The position numbers and the translations under genes were made by a program. This document shows, in pieces, positions 35,169 through 44,436 of a stretch of DNA of 58,664 nt. Under the pieces are notes generated by a model, which saw only the letters and a program-made list of their open reading frames with translations, ran no database searches and was not told where the DNA came from. Source of the stretch: Thiobacillaceae bacterium (GTDB lineage: Bacteria > Pseudomonadota > Gammaproteobacteria > Burkholderiales > Thiobacillaceae); NCBI GenBank assembly GCA_025054655.1, contig JANWZL010000064.1, forward strand, positions 1 to 58,664. The letters run 5' to 3'. How positions within the stretch are numbered: the stretch's first letter is position 1; each line of letters starts with the position of its first letter.

Positions 35169-37294
35169 GCCTTCTGCTCCAGCACGGGCAGGGTGACGCA
35201 GACCTGGGCCCCCCCGCCCGGTTGATTGCGCACCTCGATGGTGCCATGGTGTTCCTCCACGATCTTGCGCACCACCGCCAGCCCCAGCCCGGTGCCTTTG
35301 GCCTTGGTGGTGGCATAGGGCTCGAACAGGCGGCTGAACAACTGCTCGGGAAAACCCGGGCCGTTGTCGGCCACGCACAGCTCCACCCCGGCCTCGACCC
35401 GACGGGTGCTCACCCGGATCTCGGGCTCACGCACGTCGACCAGGGCCTCGTGGGCGTTCTTGAGCAGGTTGTGCAACAGCTGCCGCAACAAGGCGGGATC
35501 ACCCGCCACCGGCGGCAGATCGGCCGCGAGGTCCAGGACGGGCGTGCGGATCTCTTCGTAGAGCACGGCCACTTCGCGGATCAGGGCATTGAGGTCCAGG
35601 CGTTCGATGCGCGCAACCGGTAGTTTCGCATATTGCGAGAAGGCGTCCACCAGGCCCTTGAGGGCGGCCACTTGGTTGATGATGGTGTCGGTGGCACGCC
35701 TGAGCGTCTGCCGCCCCGCCTCGTCCAGGCGATCGGCGAGCTTGACCTGCAGCCGCTCGGCGGAGAGCTGGATGGGGGTGAGCGGGTTCTTGATCTCGTG
35801 CGCCAGCCTGCGCGCCACCTCGCCCCAGGCGGCGTCGCGCTGGGCCTGTACCAGCTGGGTGATGTCGTCGATGACCAGGGTGTAGTCCGGCGCCTCCTGT
35901 GCAGTGAGCGGCGCCCCACGCAAGATCAGCACACGCACCGACTCGCCGCGCGCGTATTCCCATTGGCCCTGCCAGCTCGTGTGCGGCATGCGCTCGAAAT
36001 GCTCACGGATGGCCAGTGCGAGCGCGCGCAGGGGGCTCGCCTCCTCGCCCCAGCTGGCGAGCGGCCGCTCCTCCAGCGCCTGGCGCTCTTGCCCGAGAAT
36101 GGCCGCCGCGGCCGGGTTGACGATGCGCACGTTGAGCTGCGCGTCCAGGGTGACCACCCCTGTGGTCAGCCGCGCCAGCACCCCCTCCAGATAGGCCTTG
36201 GCGGCGAGCAGCTCGTCCTGATAGGCCTCGGCCGCGGCCCTCGCCTCCGCCAGCTGCTGGGTCATGCGGTTGAAGGACTGGGTGAGCATGCCCAGCTCGT
36301 CGCGGCTGGCGATCGCCTGCACCTGGCTGTAGTCGCCGCGCGCCACCGCCCGCGTGCCGCGCGCCAGCACCCGCAGGGGGGCGGCGAGCCGCTGCGAGAG
36401 CATGAAGGCAAGGGCGATGGCGGTGAACAGGGCGATGGCCAGCACCAGGGTGAGCGACAGCCCGTACAGGCGTTTGAGCCCTACGCGCGAGACCGCCAGC
36501 TCTTGATACTGGCTGCGGGCGGCCTCGACCTGCAGCGCCGCCTGGGCGAGCGCGCCGGGCACCGGCTGGGCGATCTGCAACACCCGTAGCGGCGTGACCG
36601 GGGAGGCCACACTCACGGGGGCCGCCACACGCACGATGAGTGCGTGCTCACCCATAGAGTCGACCTGCGACCAAGGCTGCAGCAGGCGCACCTGCCACAG
36701 GGCCCGCTGGTCGAGCACCGGCGGGGCGAGCGTGCCCTTGTCGGCCGAGGCGTAGGCGAGCAGACGACCATCGGTGCCGAACAGGGCCGCCTCCTGCACG
36801 CCGGCCGACTCCCGCAGCTCGTCCAGCCGCTCCAGCTGCAGCGCGGCAGGTTGCTCGGAGAGCCGGTCGGCCAGGGTCTCGGCCTTGCGGATGAGGTCCC
36901 GCTCCAAATACTCCAGGGCCGCCTGGCCCAGCGACAACCCCCCCTCCAAGGCCCGCTCCATGCGCACGTCGAACCAGGACTCGATGGACTTGATCAGGAA
37001 CTGCACCGACACCCCATACACGACCAGCCCCGGCCCCAGGGCCATGAGGGCGAACATGCGAATCAGCCGGGCGGTCAGTTTCGCGCCGAACATGCCGGCA
37101 CGGATGCGACGGCGCAGCAGCAGGACCTGATAGCCGACCAGTAGGATGAGCACCCCCACCGCGGCGGCGTTGACGAACAGCAGCAGGGGGTAGTTCTGCG
37201 CGAATAGCTCGGTGTTCTCGGCCGCGGCCGACAGCAGGGCGATGAGGGCCGCCCCCAGGATCAGCCCGCCGGCGATGAGATAGACCATACGCAC
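35165..37294 (-). CDS. ntrY: NtrY-type PAS/HAMP sensor histidine kinase
   Basis: 709 aa. N-terminal TMs, HAMP, PAS, H-box RRLAHEIKNPLTPIQLSAERL, ATPase DNGPGF...GTGLGLAVV. Confidence 0.87.
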   Translation of the reverse strand: MRMVYLIAGGLILGAALIALLSAAAENTELFAQNYPLLLFVNAAAVGVLILLVGYQVLLLRRRIRAGMFGAKLTARLIRMFALMALGPGLVVYGVSVQFLIKSIESWFDVRMERALEGGLSLGQAALEYLERDLIRKAETLADRLSEQPAALQLERLDELRESAGVQEAALFGTDGRLLAYASADKGTLAPPVLDQRALWQVRLLQPWSQVDSMGEHALIVRVAAPVSVASPVTPLRVLQIAQPVPGALAQAALQVEAARSQYQELAVSRVGLKRLYGLSLTLVLAIALFTAIALAFMLSQRLAAPLRVLARGTRAVARGDYSQVQAIASRDELGMLTQSFNRMTQQLAEARAAAEAYQDELLAAKAYLEGVLARLTTGVVTLDAQLNVRIVNPAAAAILGQERQALEERPLASWGEEASPLRALALAIREHFERMPHTSWQGQWEYARGESVRVLILRGAPLTAQEAPDYTLVIDDITQLVQAQRDAAWGEVARRLAHEIKNPLTPIQLSAERLQVKLADRLDEAGRQTLRRATDTIINQVAALKGLVDAFSQYAKLPVARIERLDLNALIREVAVLYEEIRTPVLDLAADLPPVAGDPALLRQLLHNLLKNAHEALVDVREPEIRVSTRRVEAGVELCVADNGPGFPEQLFSRLFEPYATTKAKGTGLGLAVVRKIVEEHHGTIEVRNQPGGGAQVCVTLPVLEQKA

Positions 37295-37316
37295 AAATCA
37301 GAGCGTTTGCCGGGAC

Positions 37317-37883
37317 CTACGGCCGGAAATTCCATTCCCGCCAGCCGGAGTCGAGCTGCCAGCGCTGCGAGGCCACCGCGCTCACCTGCAGCGGCTTCGG
37401 CAGCTGAGTCACGTCCAGGGCCATGCGCACGCCGACCACATACTGGTGCTTGCGGCTGACCTGGGACTGGTGCAGCACCGCCCAATCGTTGAAGTCGCCG
37501 ATGTAATCGAGGGCGTCAGCCAGGCTCGCGTGCGCCGTGGTGTGTCCGCTCACCGTCGCGTAATACTGCCGCAGCAAGGCGTTGTAGGACAGGCGGATGA
37601 CACGCGAGACCTCGGCGATGTCCTCCGCCAGCCACCAGATGCGCGGCCTCTGCGCACGGAAGGTCTGCACGAAGGTCAGCTGCACCCCGCGCCGCAGGGC
37701 GTCCTCCAGGGTGGGGGAGAGCTCGATCTGGTAACCACCGGCTAGATACCAGATCTCTCCCATGAGGTTGAGCTCCGCCCGCAGCAGGGTGATGCCCTCG
37801 GCCGCGGCGCGTGGCGGCAGGACGCAGGCCAGGCCGACGCCGGCAGCGGCGGCAAGGAAGCTACGTCTTGACCAGGCGGGCAT
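37317..37883 (-). CDS. DUF4390-domain periplasmic protein
   Basis: ORF trimmed to [19 protein letters not shown] (signal/Tat-like). Its position between rsmB and ntrY is typical of DUF4390 in betaproteobacteria (by recall). Confidence 0.68.
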   Translation of the reverse strand: MPAWSRRSFLAAAAGVGLACVLPPRAAAEGITLLRAELNLMGEIWYLAGGYQIELSPTLEDALRRGVQLTFVQTFRAQRPRIWWLAEDIAEVSRVIRLSYNALLRQYYATVSGHTTAHASLADALDYIGDFNDWAVLHQSQVSRKHQYVVGVRMALDVTQLPKPLQVSAVASQRWQLDSGWREWNFRP

Positions 37884-39150
37884 AGAAGAATCCGTCGTGA
37901 TGGGCGTCTGGCAGCAGCTGTCCATGGCGTGCGCCGGGGATCACGAGCGGTTCTTCCATGGCCTGCGGATGACGCTCGAGGAAGGCGGCGACCACGGCCC
38001 GATTCTCTTGCGCGAACAGGCTGCAGGTGGCGTAGAGCAATTTACCACCGGGGGCGAGCAGCGGCCAAAGGGCATCGAGCAGCTCGCCCTGACGGCGCGC
38101 AAGCCCTGTTGCATCCTCGGCACGCTTGAGCCACAGCCCGTCCGGATGCCGCCGCACCACGCCGGAGGCGGTGCAGGGGGCATCGAGCAGGATGCGGTCG
38201 TAGGGGCGGGCGTCCCACCACGTCTGCGGCCGCCCGGCGTCGCCGGCCACCAGCCGGGCGACGAGCCCCAGCCGGTCGAGGTTGTCCCGCACCCGCACGA
38301 GCCTGCGCGCATCCGCGTCCACAGCGGTGAGATCGAGGTCGTGCCGCTCCAGCAGATGCGCGGCCTTGCCGCCCGGTGCGGCGCAGGCGTCCAGCACCCG
38401 CATGCCGTCGCGGCAGTCGAGCAGCGGCGCGGCGTACTGCGCGCCGAGGTCCTGCACCGACACCCAGCCCGCGGCAAAGCCGGGCAGGCGCGACACCGGC
38501 ACGGGTTTTTCCAGCCTGAGCGCACACTCGCCGATCTGCTCGGCCTGCAATCCGGCCGCGTTAAGGTGGCGCAGATAGGCCTGGGGGTCGATGCGCCGGC
38601 GGTTGACGCGCAGGGTCATGGGCGGATGCGCCTGGTCCGCCGCCAGGATCGCCTGCCAGTCCTGGGGGTACTCGATCTGCAGGCGTTCTATCCACCAACG
38701 CGGGTGGTTCCAGCGTGCCACCGCATCGTCTTGCGCCGCGACGAGCAGCGCCTCGCGCCGGCGCAGGAAGTTGCGCAGCACCGCGTTGACGAGCCCGCGC
38801 GCGCGCGCCGGCGCCGCCGTCACCGTCTGGTCGACCACGGCATAGGCCGGAGACTGGCCGGCGAGCAGCTCGCCCAAGCCCACGCGCAGCAGGTGGCGCA
38901 GCTCGGCATCGCGCAGGGGGTGCGTGAGCAGGCGGTCGAGCAGGAAGTCGATCAGGCCCAGCCGGCGCAGCGCGCCATAGCTCAGATCCATCACCGCCGC
39001 CCGCGTGCGCCCCACCAGCGGCTGCTGGGCCAGCGCCCGGTCCAGGCCGTGGCCCTGCTCCAGCACGGCGGCGAGCACCCGCGCCGCCAGCCGGCGCACA
39101 TCCTGCGGGTGGCCGCCGCCCAGCTCAGACCCCCTGACGCGCCAGGGCAA
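37861..39150 (-). CDS. rsmB: 16S rRNA (cytosine967-C5)-methyltransferase
   Basis: 429 aa. NusB-like N-terminus. [28 protein letters not shown] and LLYATCSL catalytic Cys motifs. An alternative GTG start at 39099 would remove the 26-nt overlap with htpX. Confidence 0.9.
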   Translation of the reverse strand: MPWRVRGSELGGGHPQDVRRLAARVLAAVLEQGHGLDRALAQQPLVGRTRAAVMDLSYGALRRLGLIDFLLDRLLTHPLRDAELRHLLRVGLGELLAGQSPAYAVVDQTVTAAPARARGLVNAVLRNFLRRREALLVAAQDDAVARWNHPRWWIERLQIEYPQDWQAILAADQAHPPMTLRVNRRRIDPQAYLRHLNAAGLQAEQIGECALRLEKPVPVSRLPGFAAGWVSVQDLGAQYAAPLLDCRDGMRVLDACAAPGGKAAHLLERHDLDLTAVDADARRLVRVRDNLDRLGLVARLVAGDAGRPQTWWDARPYDRILLDAPCTASGVVRRHPDGLWLKRAEDATGLARRQGELLDALWPLLAPGGKLLYATCSLFAQENRAVVAAFLERHPQAMEEPLVIPGARHGQLLPDAHHDGFFYARLVKT

Positions 39151-39979
39151 GCAGCCGGCGGATGCGCTCCTCGGTGGCCGGGTGGGTGCGGAACAGTCCG
39201 GCCAGGTCGCCGCCGGAGAGCGGGTTGACGATCATCATCTGCGCCGTCTCCGGGTGCAGCTCGGCGGTGGGCAGCGGGGTGCCGCGCGCATAGGCCTCGA
39301 TCTTGGCCAAAGCGCTCGCCAGCGCCTCGGGGTCGCCCGAGATCTCGGCCCCGCCGCGGTCGGCCCCGAACTCGCGCGTGCGCGAGATCGCCATCTGGAT
39401 CAGCATGGCCGCCAGCGGCGCCAGGATCAGCAGCAGCAGGTGCACCACCGGCGGCAGGTTGCGCTGCTCCCCCTGCCCGCCGCCGAACAGCATGCCAAAC
39501 TGGGCCAGCGCGGAGATTGCGCCGGCCACCGTGGCCGACAGGGTGGAGATCAGGGTGTCGCGGTTTTTCACGTGCGCCAGCTCGTGCGCCATCACCCCGC
39601 GCAACTCCCTGGCCGTCAGCAGCCGCAGGATGCCGGTGGTGGCGGCCACGGCGGCGTGCTTGGGATCGCGGCCGGTGGCGAAGGCGTTGGGCTGTGCCTC
39701 GTCGATGATGTAGACGCGCGGCATGGGCAGCCCCGCACGCTGCGCCAGCTCCCGCACCATGGCGTAATACTGCCCGCCGCTGGCGGCGTCCACCTCCTGC
39801 GCGCGATACATGCGCAGGACCAGCTTGTCCGAGTTCCAATAGGCGAACAAATTCATCGCCCCGCCCAGCAGCAGGGCGATCACCATGCCCTGTGCGCCGC
39901 CCAGCGCCAGGCCCACCGTGCCGAACAGGGCGACGATGGCCGCCATCAGCAGCGTGGTCTTCAGCCAGTTCTGCAGCAT
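39125..39979 (-). CDS. htpX: zinc metalloprotease HtpX (M48B)
   Basis: ORF trimmed to [20 protein letters not shown], with GGAGGA 7 nt upstream. [10 protein letters not shown] zinc motif. Confidence 0.9.
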   Translation of the reverse strand: MLQNWLKTTLLMAAIVALFGTVGLALGGAQGMVIALLLGGAMNLFAYWNSDKLVLRMYRAQEVDAASGGQYYAMVRELAQRAGLPMPRVYIIDEAQPNAFATGRDPKHAAVAATTGILRLLTARELRGVMAHELAHVKNRDTLISTLSATVAGAISALAQFGMLFGGGQGEQRNLPPVVHLLLLILAPLAAMLIQMAISRTREFGADRGGAEISGDPEALASALAKIEAYARGTPLPTAELHPETAQMMIVNPLSGGDLAGLFRTHPATEERIRRLLALARQGV

Positions 39980-40025
39980 CGTCCCGTCCTCCACAACCGA
40001 CCGCTGCGTCAATTGGGTGCGCGCC

Positions 40026-40952
40026 TCAGGAATTCAAGCGCTCGCCCGGGGCGAGCCGGTGGCCGGCCGCGAACTCGGCCGCCGTCATGCGGCGCCCCCC
40101 GGCCGGCTGCAGCTCGAGGATGCGCAGGGCCCCCTCGCCGCAGGCGACCTGCAGCCCGCCGCGATCCACGGCCAGCACCTCGCCGGGCACACCCGCACCC
40201 GTTTCGATGCGTGCCCGCCACAGTTTGAGCCCCTCGCCGCGCCAGGTGGTCCACGCCCCCGGCACCGGGTCGAAGGCGCGCACCTGCCGCTCGATCTCGG
40301 CGGCCGGCCGGCCCCAATCGATGCGCGCCTCCGCCTTGCCGATCTTGGCGGCGTACACCGCCCGAGCGTCGTCCTGCGGCACGGCCTGCACCTCGCCCGC
40401 CGCCAGCCGCGGCAGCAGGTGCACGATCTCCTGCGCCCCCAGCTCCGCCAGCCGCGCCTGCAAGCTGCCGGCGGTGTCGTCGGCAGCGATGGGGATGCGC
40501 GCCATGGCGAGAATGGGGCCGGTGTCCAGCCCCGCGTCCATTTGCATCAGGGTGATGCCGGTCTCGGCGTCCCCGGCCAGGATCGCCCGCTGGATGGGGG
40601 CCGCACCGCGCCAGCGCGGCAGCAGCGAGGCGTGGATGTTGACGCAACCCAGGCGCGGCAGCGCGAGCACCGCCGGCGGCAGGATGAGCCCATAGGCCGC
40701 CACCACCATGACCTCGGCCGCGGCCGCGGCGATGGGACGACGCGCCTCCTCGCTCGCGAGCGTGGCCGGCTGATGCAGGGGCAACCCGAGCTCCAGCGCC
40801 AGTCGCTTGACCGCGCTCGGCCTGGGCTGCATCCCACGGCCCGCGGGACGATCCGGTTGGGTGAGCACCAGGGCGATGTCATGCCCGGCCTGCGCCAGCG
40901 CACGCAAGGACGCGGCGGCAAACTCCGGGGTGCCGGCGAAGATCAGGCGCAT
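40026..40952 (-). CDS. fmt: methionyl-tRNA formyltransferase
   Basis: 308 aa. [33 protein letters not shown]. Confidence 0.95.
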   Translation of the reverse strand: MRLIFAGTPEFAAASLRALAQAGHDIALVLTQPDRPAGRGMQPRPSAVKRLALELGLPLHQPATLASEEARRPIAAAAAEVMVVAAYGLILPPAVLALPRLGCVNIHASLLPRWRGAAPIQRAILAGDAETGITLMQMDAGLDTGPILAMARIPIAADDTAGSLQARLAELGAQEIVHLLPRLAAGEVQAVPQDDARAVYAAKIGKAEARIDWGRPAAEIERQVRAFDPVPGAWTTWRGEGLKLWRARIETGAGVPGEVLAVDRGGLQVACGEGALRILELQPAGGRRMTAAEFAAGHRLAPGERLNS

Positions 40953-41029
40953 TCAGGGATCAGGGATCAGGGATCAGGGATCAGGAATCAGGAATCAGGA
41001 ATCAGGGTTCAGGGATCAGGGTTCAGGCA
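40953..41029. repeat. heptanucleotide tandem repeat TCAGGRN x11, abutting the fmt start codon
   Basis: tcaggga x4, tcaggaa x3, tcagggt, tcaggga, tcagggt, tcaggca. It begins at the base after the fmt ATG complement. Confidence 0.9.
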
Positions 41030-41075
41030 AGCTTGGCAAGGGGGCTGGCTCGCCGTCCCTCTCCTTGTGCTCTGT

Positions 41076-41110
41076 AACCTGATCCCTGATACCTGACACC
41101 TGATCCCTGA
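41076..41110. repeat. inverted heptanucleotide block (NNCCTGA x5), complement of the 40953 array
   Basis: aacctga tccctga tacctga cacctga tccctga. It ends 2 nt before the def stop codon complement. Confidence 0.88.
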
Positions 41111-41112
41111 CC

Positions 41113-41616
41113 TCACATTGTCTCCCGCTGCTGTTTTCTCAGTTTCTGTTTGATGCGGTCCTGCTTGAGCCGCGAGAGGTATTCGACGAACACCTTGCCG
41201 CGCAGGTGGTCGATCTCGTGTTGGATGCACACCGCCAGCAGGCCCGTGGCCTCCAGCTCGAATGGGCGGCCGTCGAGGTCGAGCGCTCGCACGCGGATGC
41301 GTTCGGCGCGTTTGACCTTGTCGTAGATGCCGGGTACGGACAGGCAGCCCTCCTCGCCCTCCTTCTCACCCTCGGCGGCGATGATCTCGGGGTTGATGAA
41401 CACCTTGAGGTCATCGCGCGTCTCGCTCACGTCGACGACGATCAGCTGCACGTGGCGATCGACCTGGGTGGCGGCCAGGCCGATGCCCGGAGCCGCGTAC
41501 ATGGTCTCGGCCATGTCAGCGGCGAGCTGGCGGATCTCGTCGTTCACCACCTCGATCGGGCGGGCAACGGTATGCAGGCGCTTGTCGGGGTAGTGCAGGA
41601 TTTTCAGCAGGGCCAT
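41113..41616 (-). CDS. def: peptide deformylase
   Basis: 167 aa. [24 protein letters not shown] motifs. Confidence 0.95.
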   Translation of the reverse strand: MALLKILHYPDKRLHTVARPIEVVNDEIRQLAADMAETMYAAPGIGLAATQVDRHVQLIVVDVSETRDDLKVFINPEIIAAEGEKEGEEGCLSVPGIYDKVKRAERIRVRALDLDGRPFELEATGLLAVCIQHEIDHLRGKVFVEYLSRLKQDRIKQKLRKQQRETM

Positions 41617-41703
41617 GCGACAGGATGCACAATCTCAAGAATTCTATTAAGTTACACTGTGGACCGAGCCGATTATAAAGGCAGCCAACTCACAGGTGAG
41701 ACC

Positions 41704-42804
41704 ATGCGCTACCCCATTTCGTTCACCCTCTGCCTGCTGCTCGCCCTGGGCCTGGCCCAGGGCGCGCGGGCCGAGCAGGTACGCCTGCAGGAAAACGCCC
41801 CGGATGTACACGTCGTGGTCAAGGGCGACACCCTGTGGGGCATCTCCGCGCGTTTCCTCAAGGACCCCTGGAAGTGGCCCGAGGTGTGGCAGCTGAACAA
41901 GGCGGAGATCCGCAACCCCCATCTGATCTATCCGGGCGACCGCATCCGCCTGATCCGCGGCGATCAGCCCCGCCTGGTGCAGGAGAAAGACATCCCCACC
42001 GTCAAGCTCACGCCGGGCGTGCGCGCGGAGCCCATCATCGAGGCCCCGACGGCCATCCCCAGTGTGCCCTACGCCGCCATCGCCCCCTTCCTCAACCGCG
42101 GCGGGGTGATGGCGGCGGACGAACTCAAGCGTGCCCCACGTGTGCTGGGCACGCACGACGACCGGGTGATCTTCGGGCGCCACGACACGGTCTATGTGGA
42201 GGGTTCGGGCACCGGTGAGACCGCCTGGGAGATCGTACGCCCCGGTCCCCTCCTGACCGACCCCGTCAGCGGCGAACCCCTGGGCCAACTGCTCGTGCAC
42301 GTGGGCGAGGCGCGCACCCTGCAGTCGGGCAACCCCCAGCTCGTGCGCATCGTCCAAGCCGAACAGGAGGTGCTGGAGCGCGACCGGCTGGTACCGCTGT
42401 CGCAGGCCCAGATGCCCCAGCTCGCCCCACAGGCCCCGGACAAACCGGTGCAGGCCCGCGTGGTGGCCAGCCTGGGCGGAGTGGAGGGGGCGGGCCCCTA
42501 CACCACCGTGCTGCTCAACCAGGGCCGGCGCGACGGTCTGCAGGTGGGGCATGTGCTGGCCCTGTACAAGGCCGGCCGATCACTGGCCGACCCGCGCTGC
42601 CTGCGCGCCGAAAAACTCGCCTTCCTGGCCGGGGGGTTGGGCGCGCGCAGCGACTGCGTGCCCGACAAGGACGACAGCGCCGGGCTGCCCGAGCGCCGGG
42701 TGGGGCTGGCCTTCGTCTATCGCGTCTTCGACCGAGTGGCCTACGCCCTGGTGCTGGGCAGCGAGGAGCCGATCTACGTCCGCGACATGGCCAAGAACCC
42801 CTGA
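41704..42804 (+). CDS. LysM-domain periplasmic protein
   Basis: ORF trimmed to MRYPISFTLCLLLALGLAQGARA (signal peptide). LysM motif HVVVKGDTLWGISARFLKDPWKWPEVW. Confidence 0.85.
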   Translation: MRYPISFTLCLLLALGLAQGARAEQVRLQENAPDVHVVVKGDTLWGISARFLKDPWKWPEVWQLNKAEIRNPHLIYPGDRIRLIRGDQPRLVQEKDIPTVKLTPGVRAEPIIEAPTAIPSVPYAAIAPFLNRGGVMAADELKRAPRVLGTHDDRVIFGRHDTVYVEGSGTGETAWEIVRPGPLLTDPVSGEPLGQLLVHVGEARTLQSGNPQLVRIVQAEQEVLERDRLVPLSQAQMPQLAPQAPDKPVQARVVASLGGVEGAGPYTTVLLNQGRRDGLQVGHVLALYKAGRSLADPRCLRAEKLAFLAGGLGARSDCVPDKDDSAGLPERRVGLAFVYRVFDRVAYALVLGSEEPIYVRDMAKNP

Positions 42805-42820
42805 AGGCCAGGACGCCCAC

Positions 42821-43891
42821 CTGCCCTGCTGGCTCGCCCTGGCGGCCGTGCCCGGCCTGGGCGTGAAGTCGGTGCAGCGGCTGCTGGAGGCCTTCGGCGA
42901 CCCCTGCGCCGCCCTTGCCGCCCCGCGCGCCCTGCTCGCCCGCGTGGTGGGCGCGGAGCTGGCCGCGGCCCTGCCCCATACGGTCAAACCCACGGCACAT
43001 CGCGCCATGCTCGACTGGCTCGCGCAGCCGGGCAACCACTTCCTGCCCATCACCGATCCCCGCTATCCAGCGCGTCTGCGCGACATCGCCGATGCCCCGC
43101 CCTGGCTCTACGTCAAGGGCGAGCCCGACCTGCTCGGCACCCCCATGCTGGCCATCGTCGGCAGCCGCCACGCCACTGCCCAGGGCCGCCGCGACGCCGC
43201 GGCCTTCGCCCGCAGCCTGGCCGAAGCGGGGCTCACCATCGTCAGCGGGCTGGCCTCGGGCATAGACACCGCCGCGCACGAGGGGGCGCTGGCGGGCGGC
43301 AAGAGCGTGGCGGTGGTGGCCACCGGTCTGGACCGCGTCTACCCCGCGAGCAACCGCGAGCTGGCCCATCGCCTCGCCGACCAAGGGGCCCTGGTGTCCG
43401 AGCTGCCGCTCGGCACGCCGCCGCGTCCGGGACAGTTTCCGCGCCGCAACCGCATCATCAGCGGGCTCGCCCTAGGCGTGCTGGTGGTGGAGGCCACGCT
43501 GGACAGCGGCTCGCTCATCACCGCACGGCTTGCCGCCGAACAGGGGCGCGAGGTCTTCGCCCTGCCCGGCTCCATCCACTCGCCGCTGAGCAAAGGCTGC
43601 CACCGGCTCATCCGCGAGGGGGCGAAACTGGTCGAATGCGTCGAAGACGTCCTGGAGGAGCTGCGCTGGCAATGGACCCCGCCCGCCGCCAATCCGTCGT
43701 CGGACGGCAACACTGCGGATGCGCATCGGCAAAGACTCCTCGAGCTGATGGGGCCGGACCCGGTGCCGCTCGACCGTCTGGTCGAGCGCAGCGGCTTGAC
43801 GGTGGAAGACCTTTCGGCAATGCTACTTGCGCTTGAACTCGACGGCCGTGTGGCCTGCCTGCCGGGCGGGCTGTATCAGAGACTGTACTGA
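42821..43891 (+). CDS. dprA: DNA-processing protein DprA; start codon uncertain
   Basis: Conserved WLALAAVPGLGVKSVQRLLEAFG...IVGSRHAT...IVSGLASGIDTAAHEGAL...FPRRNRIISGL. No ATG, GTG or TTG lies between the lysM stop and the conserved N-terminus. CTG 42821 is preceded by AGGA at 7-nt spacing. GTG 42848 is an alternative start. Confidence 0.82.
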   Translation: MPCWLALAAVPGLGVKSVQRLLEAFGDPCAALAAPRALLARVVGAELAAALPHTVKPTAHRAMLDWLAQPGNHFLPITDPRYPARLRDIADAPPWLYVKGEPDLLGTPMLAIVGSRHATAQGRRDAAAFARSLAEAGLTIVSGLASGIDTAAHEGALAGGKSVAVVATGLDRVYPASNRELAHRLADQGALVSELPLGTPPRPGQFPRRNRIISGLALGVLVVEATLDSGSLITARLAAEQGREVFALPGSIHSPLSKGCHRLIREGAKLVECVEDVLEELRWQWTPPAANPSSDGNTADAHRQRLLELMGPDPVPLDRLVERSGLTVEDLSAMLLALELDGRVACLPGGLYQRLY

Positions 43892-43921
43892 AAGCCCCTT
43901 GGGGCCTTGCCGCTGCGCACC

Positions 43922-44380
43922 ATGCTGGACATCTTGCAATACCTGTACGATCACTACCTGGTGGACGATCACCTGCCCGACCAGGAGGCCCTGGCACGCA
44001 AACTCGCCACCGTGGGCTTCGACCAGGGCGAGATCGCGCAGGCGCTCGAGTGGCTGGAGGGGCTCACCGCGCTCGACCCGCAGGCCGAGACAGGCCTCAC
44101 CCATGACGGACTGCGCGTCTACAACGCCGACGAGCTCAACCGCATCGCCCCGGAGGGCCGCGGTTTCTTGAGCTACCTGGAGAACGCGGGGCTGCTCTCG
44201 CCCTATGCGCGCGAGTGGGTGGTCGAGCGCGCGCTGGCCCTGGACGAGCCCGAAGTCCCCGCCGACAAGGTCAAATGGATCGCGCTGCTGGCGCTGTGGC
44301 GGCTGGGCGGCGCGCTCTCCGCGCTGTGGCTGGAGGATCTGGTGCGCGGGGACGAGGCCGGGGCGCCCACCCTGCACTGA
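43922..44380 (+). CDS. smg: DUF494 family protein Smg
   Basis: ORF trimmed to MLDILQYLYDHYLVDD (152 aa). dprA-smg-topoisomerase synteny. Confidence 0.9.
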   Translation: MLDILQYLYDHYLVDDHLPDQEALARKLATVGFDQGEIAQALEWLEGLTALDPQAETGLTHDGLRVYNADELNRIAPEGRGFLSYLENAGLLSPYAREWVVERALALDEPEVPADKVKWIALLALWRLGGALSALWLEDLVRGDEAGAPTLH

Positions 44381-44436
44381 TGAACGCCCGCCCCCATCCC
44401 AGCGCCCGGCCAGCGCGCACAGCAGGTTAGCAGGCC

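Noticed and set aside
33909-35378. N-terminal 70-aa extension of the ntrX ORF (start at 35378)
   Set aside because: The extension overlaps the ntrY 3' end and is Arg/Gly/Pro-rich. The receiver domain begins at MSEILVVDD (ATG 35168), which forms an ATGA overlap with the ntrY stop.
37762-39228. 488-aa plus-strand ORF
   Set aside because: It is antisense to rsmB and has a low-complexity, Arg/Ala/Gly-rich translation.
40953-41110. Possibility that the heptad arrays are a CRISPR array or its remnant
   Set aside because: The unit length is 7 nt with no spacers. There is no leader and no cas genes anywhere in the window. Arrays are dispersed in many short gaps.
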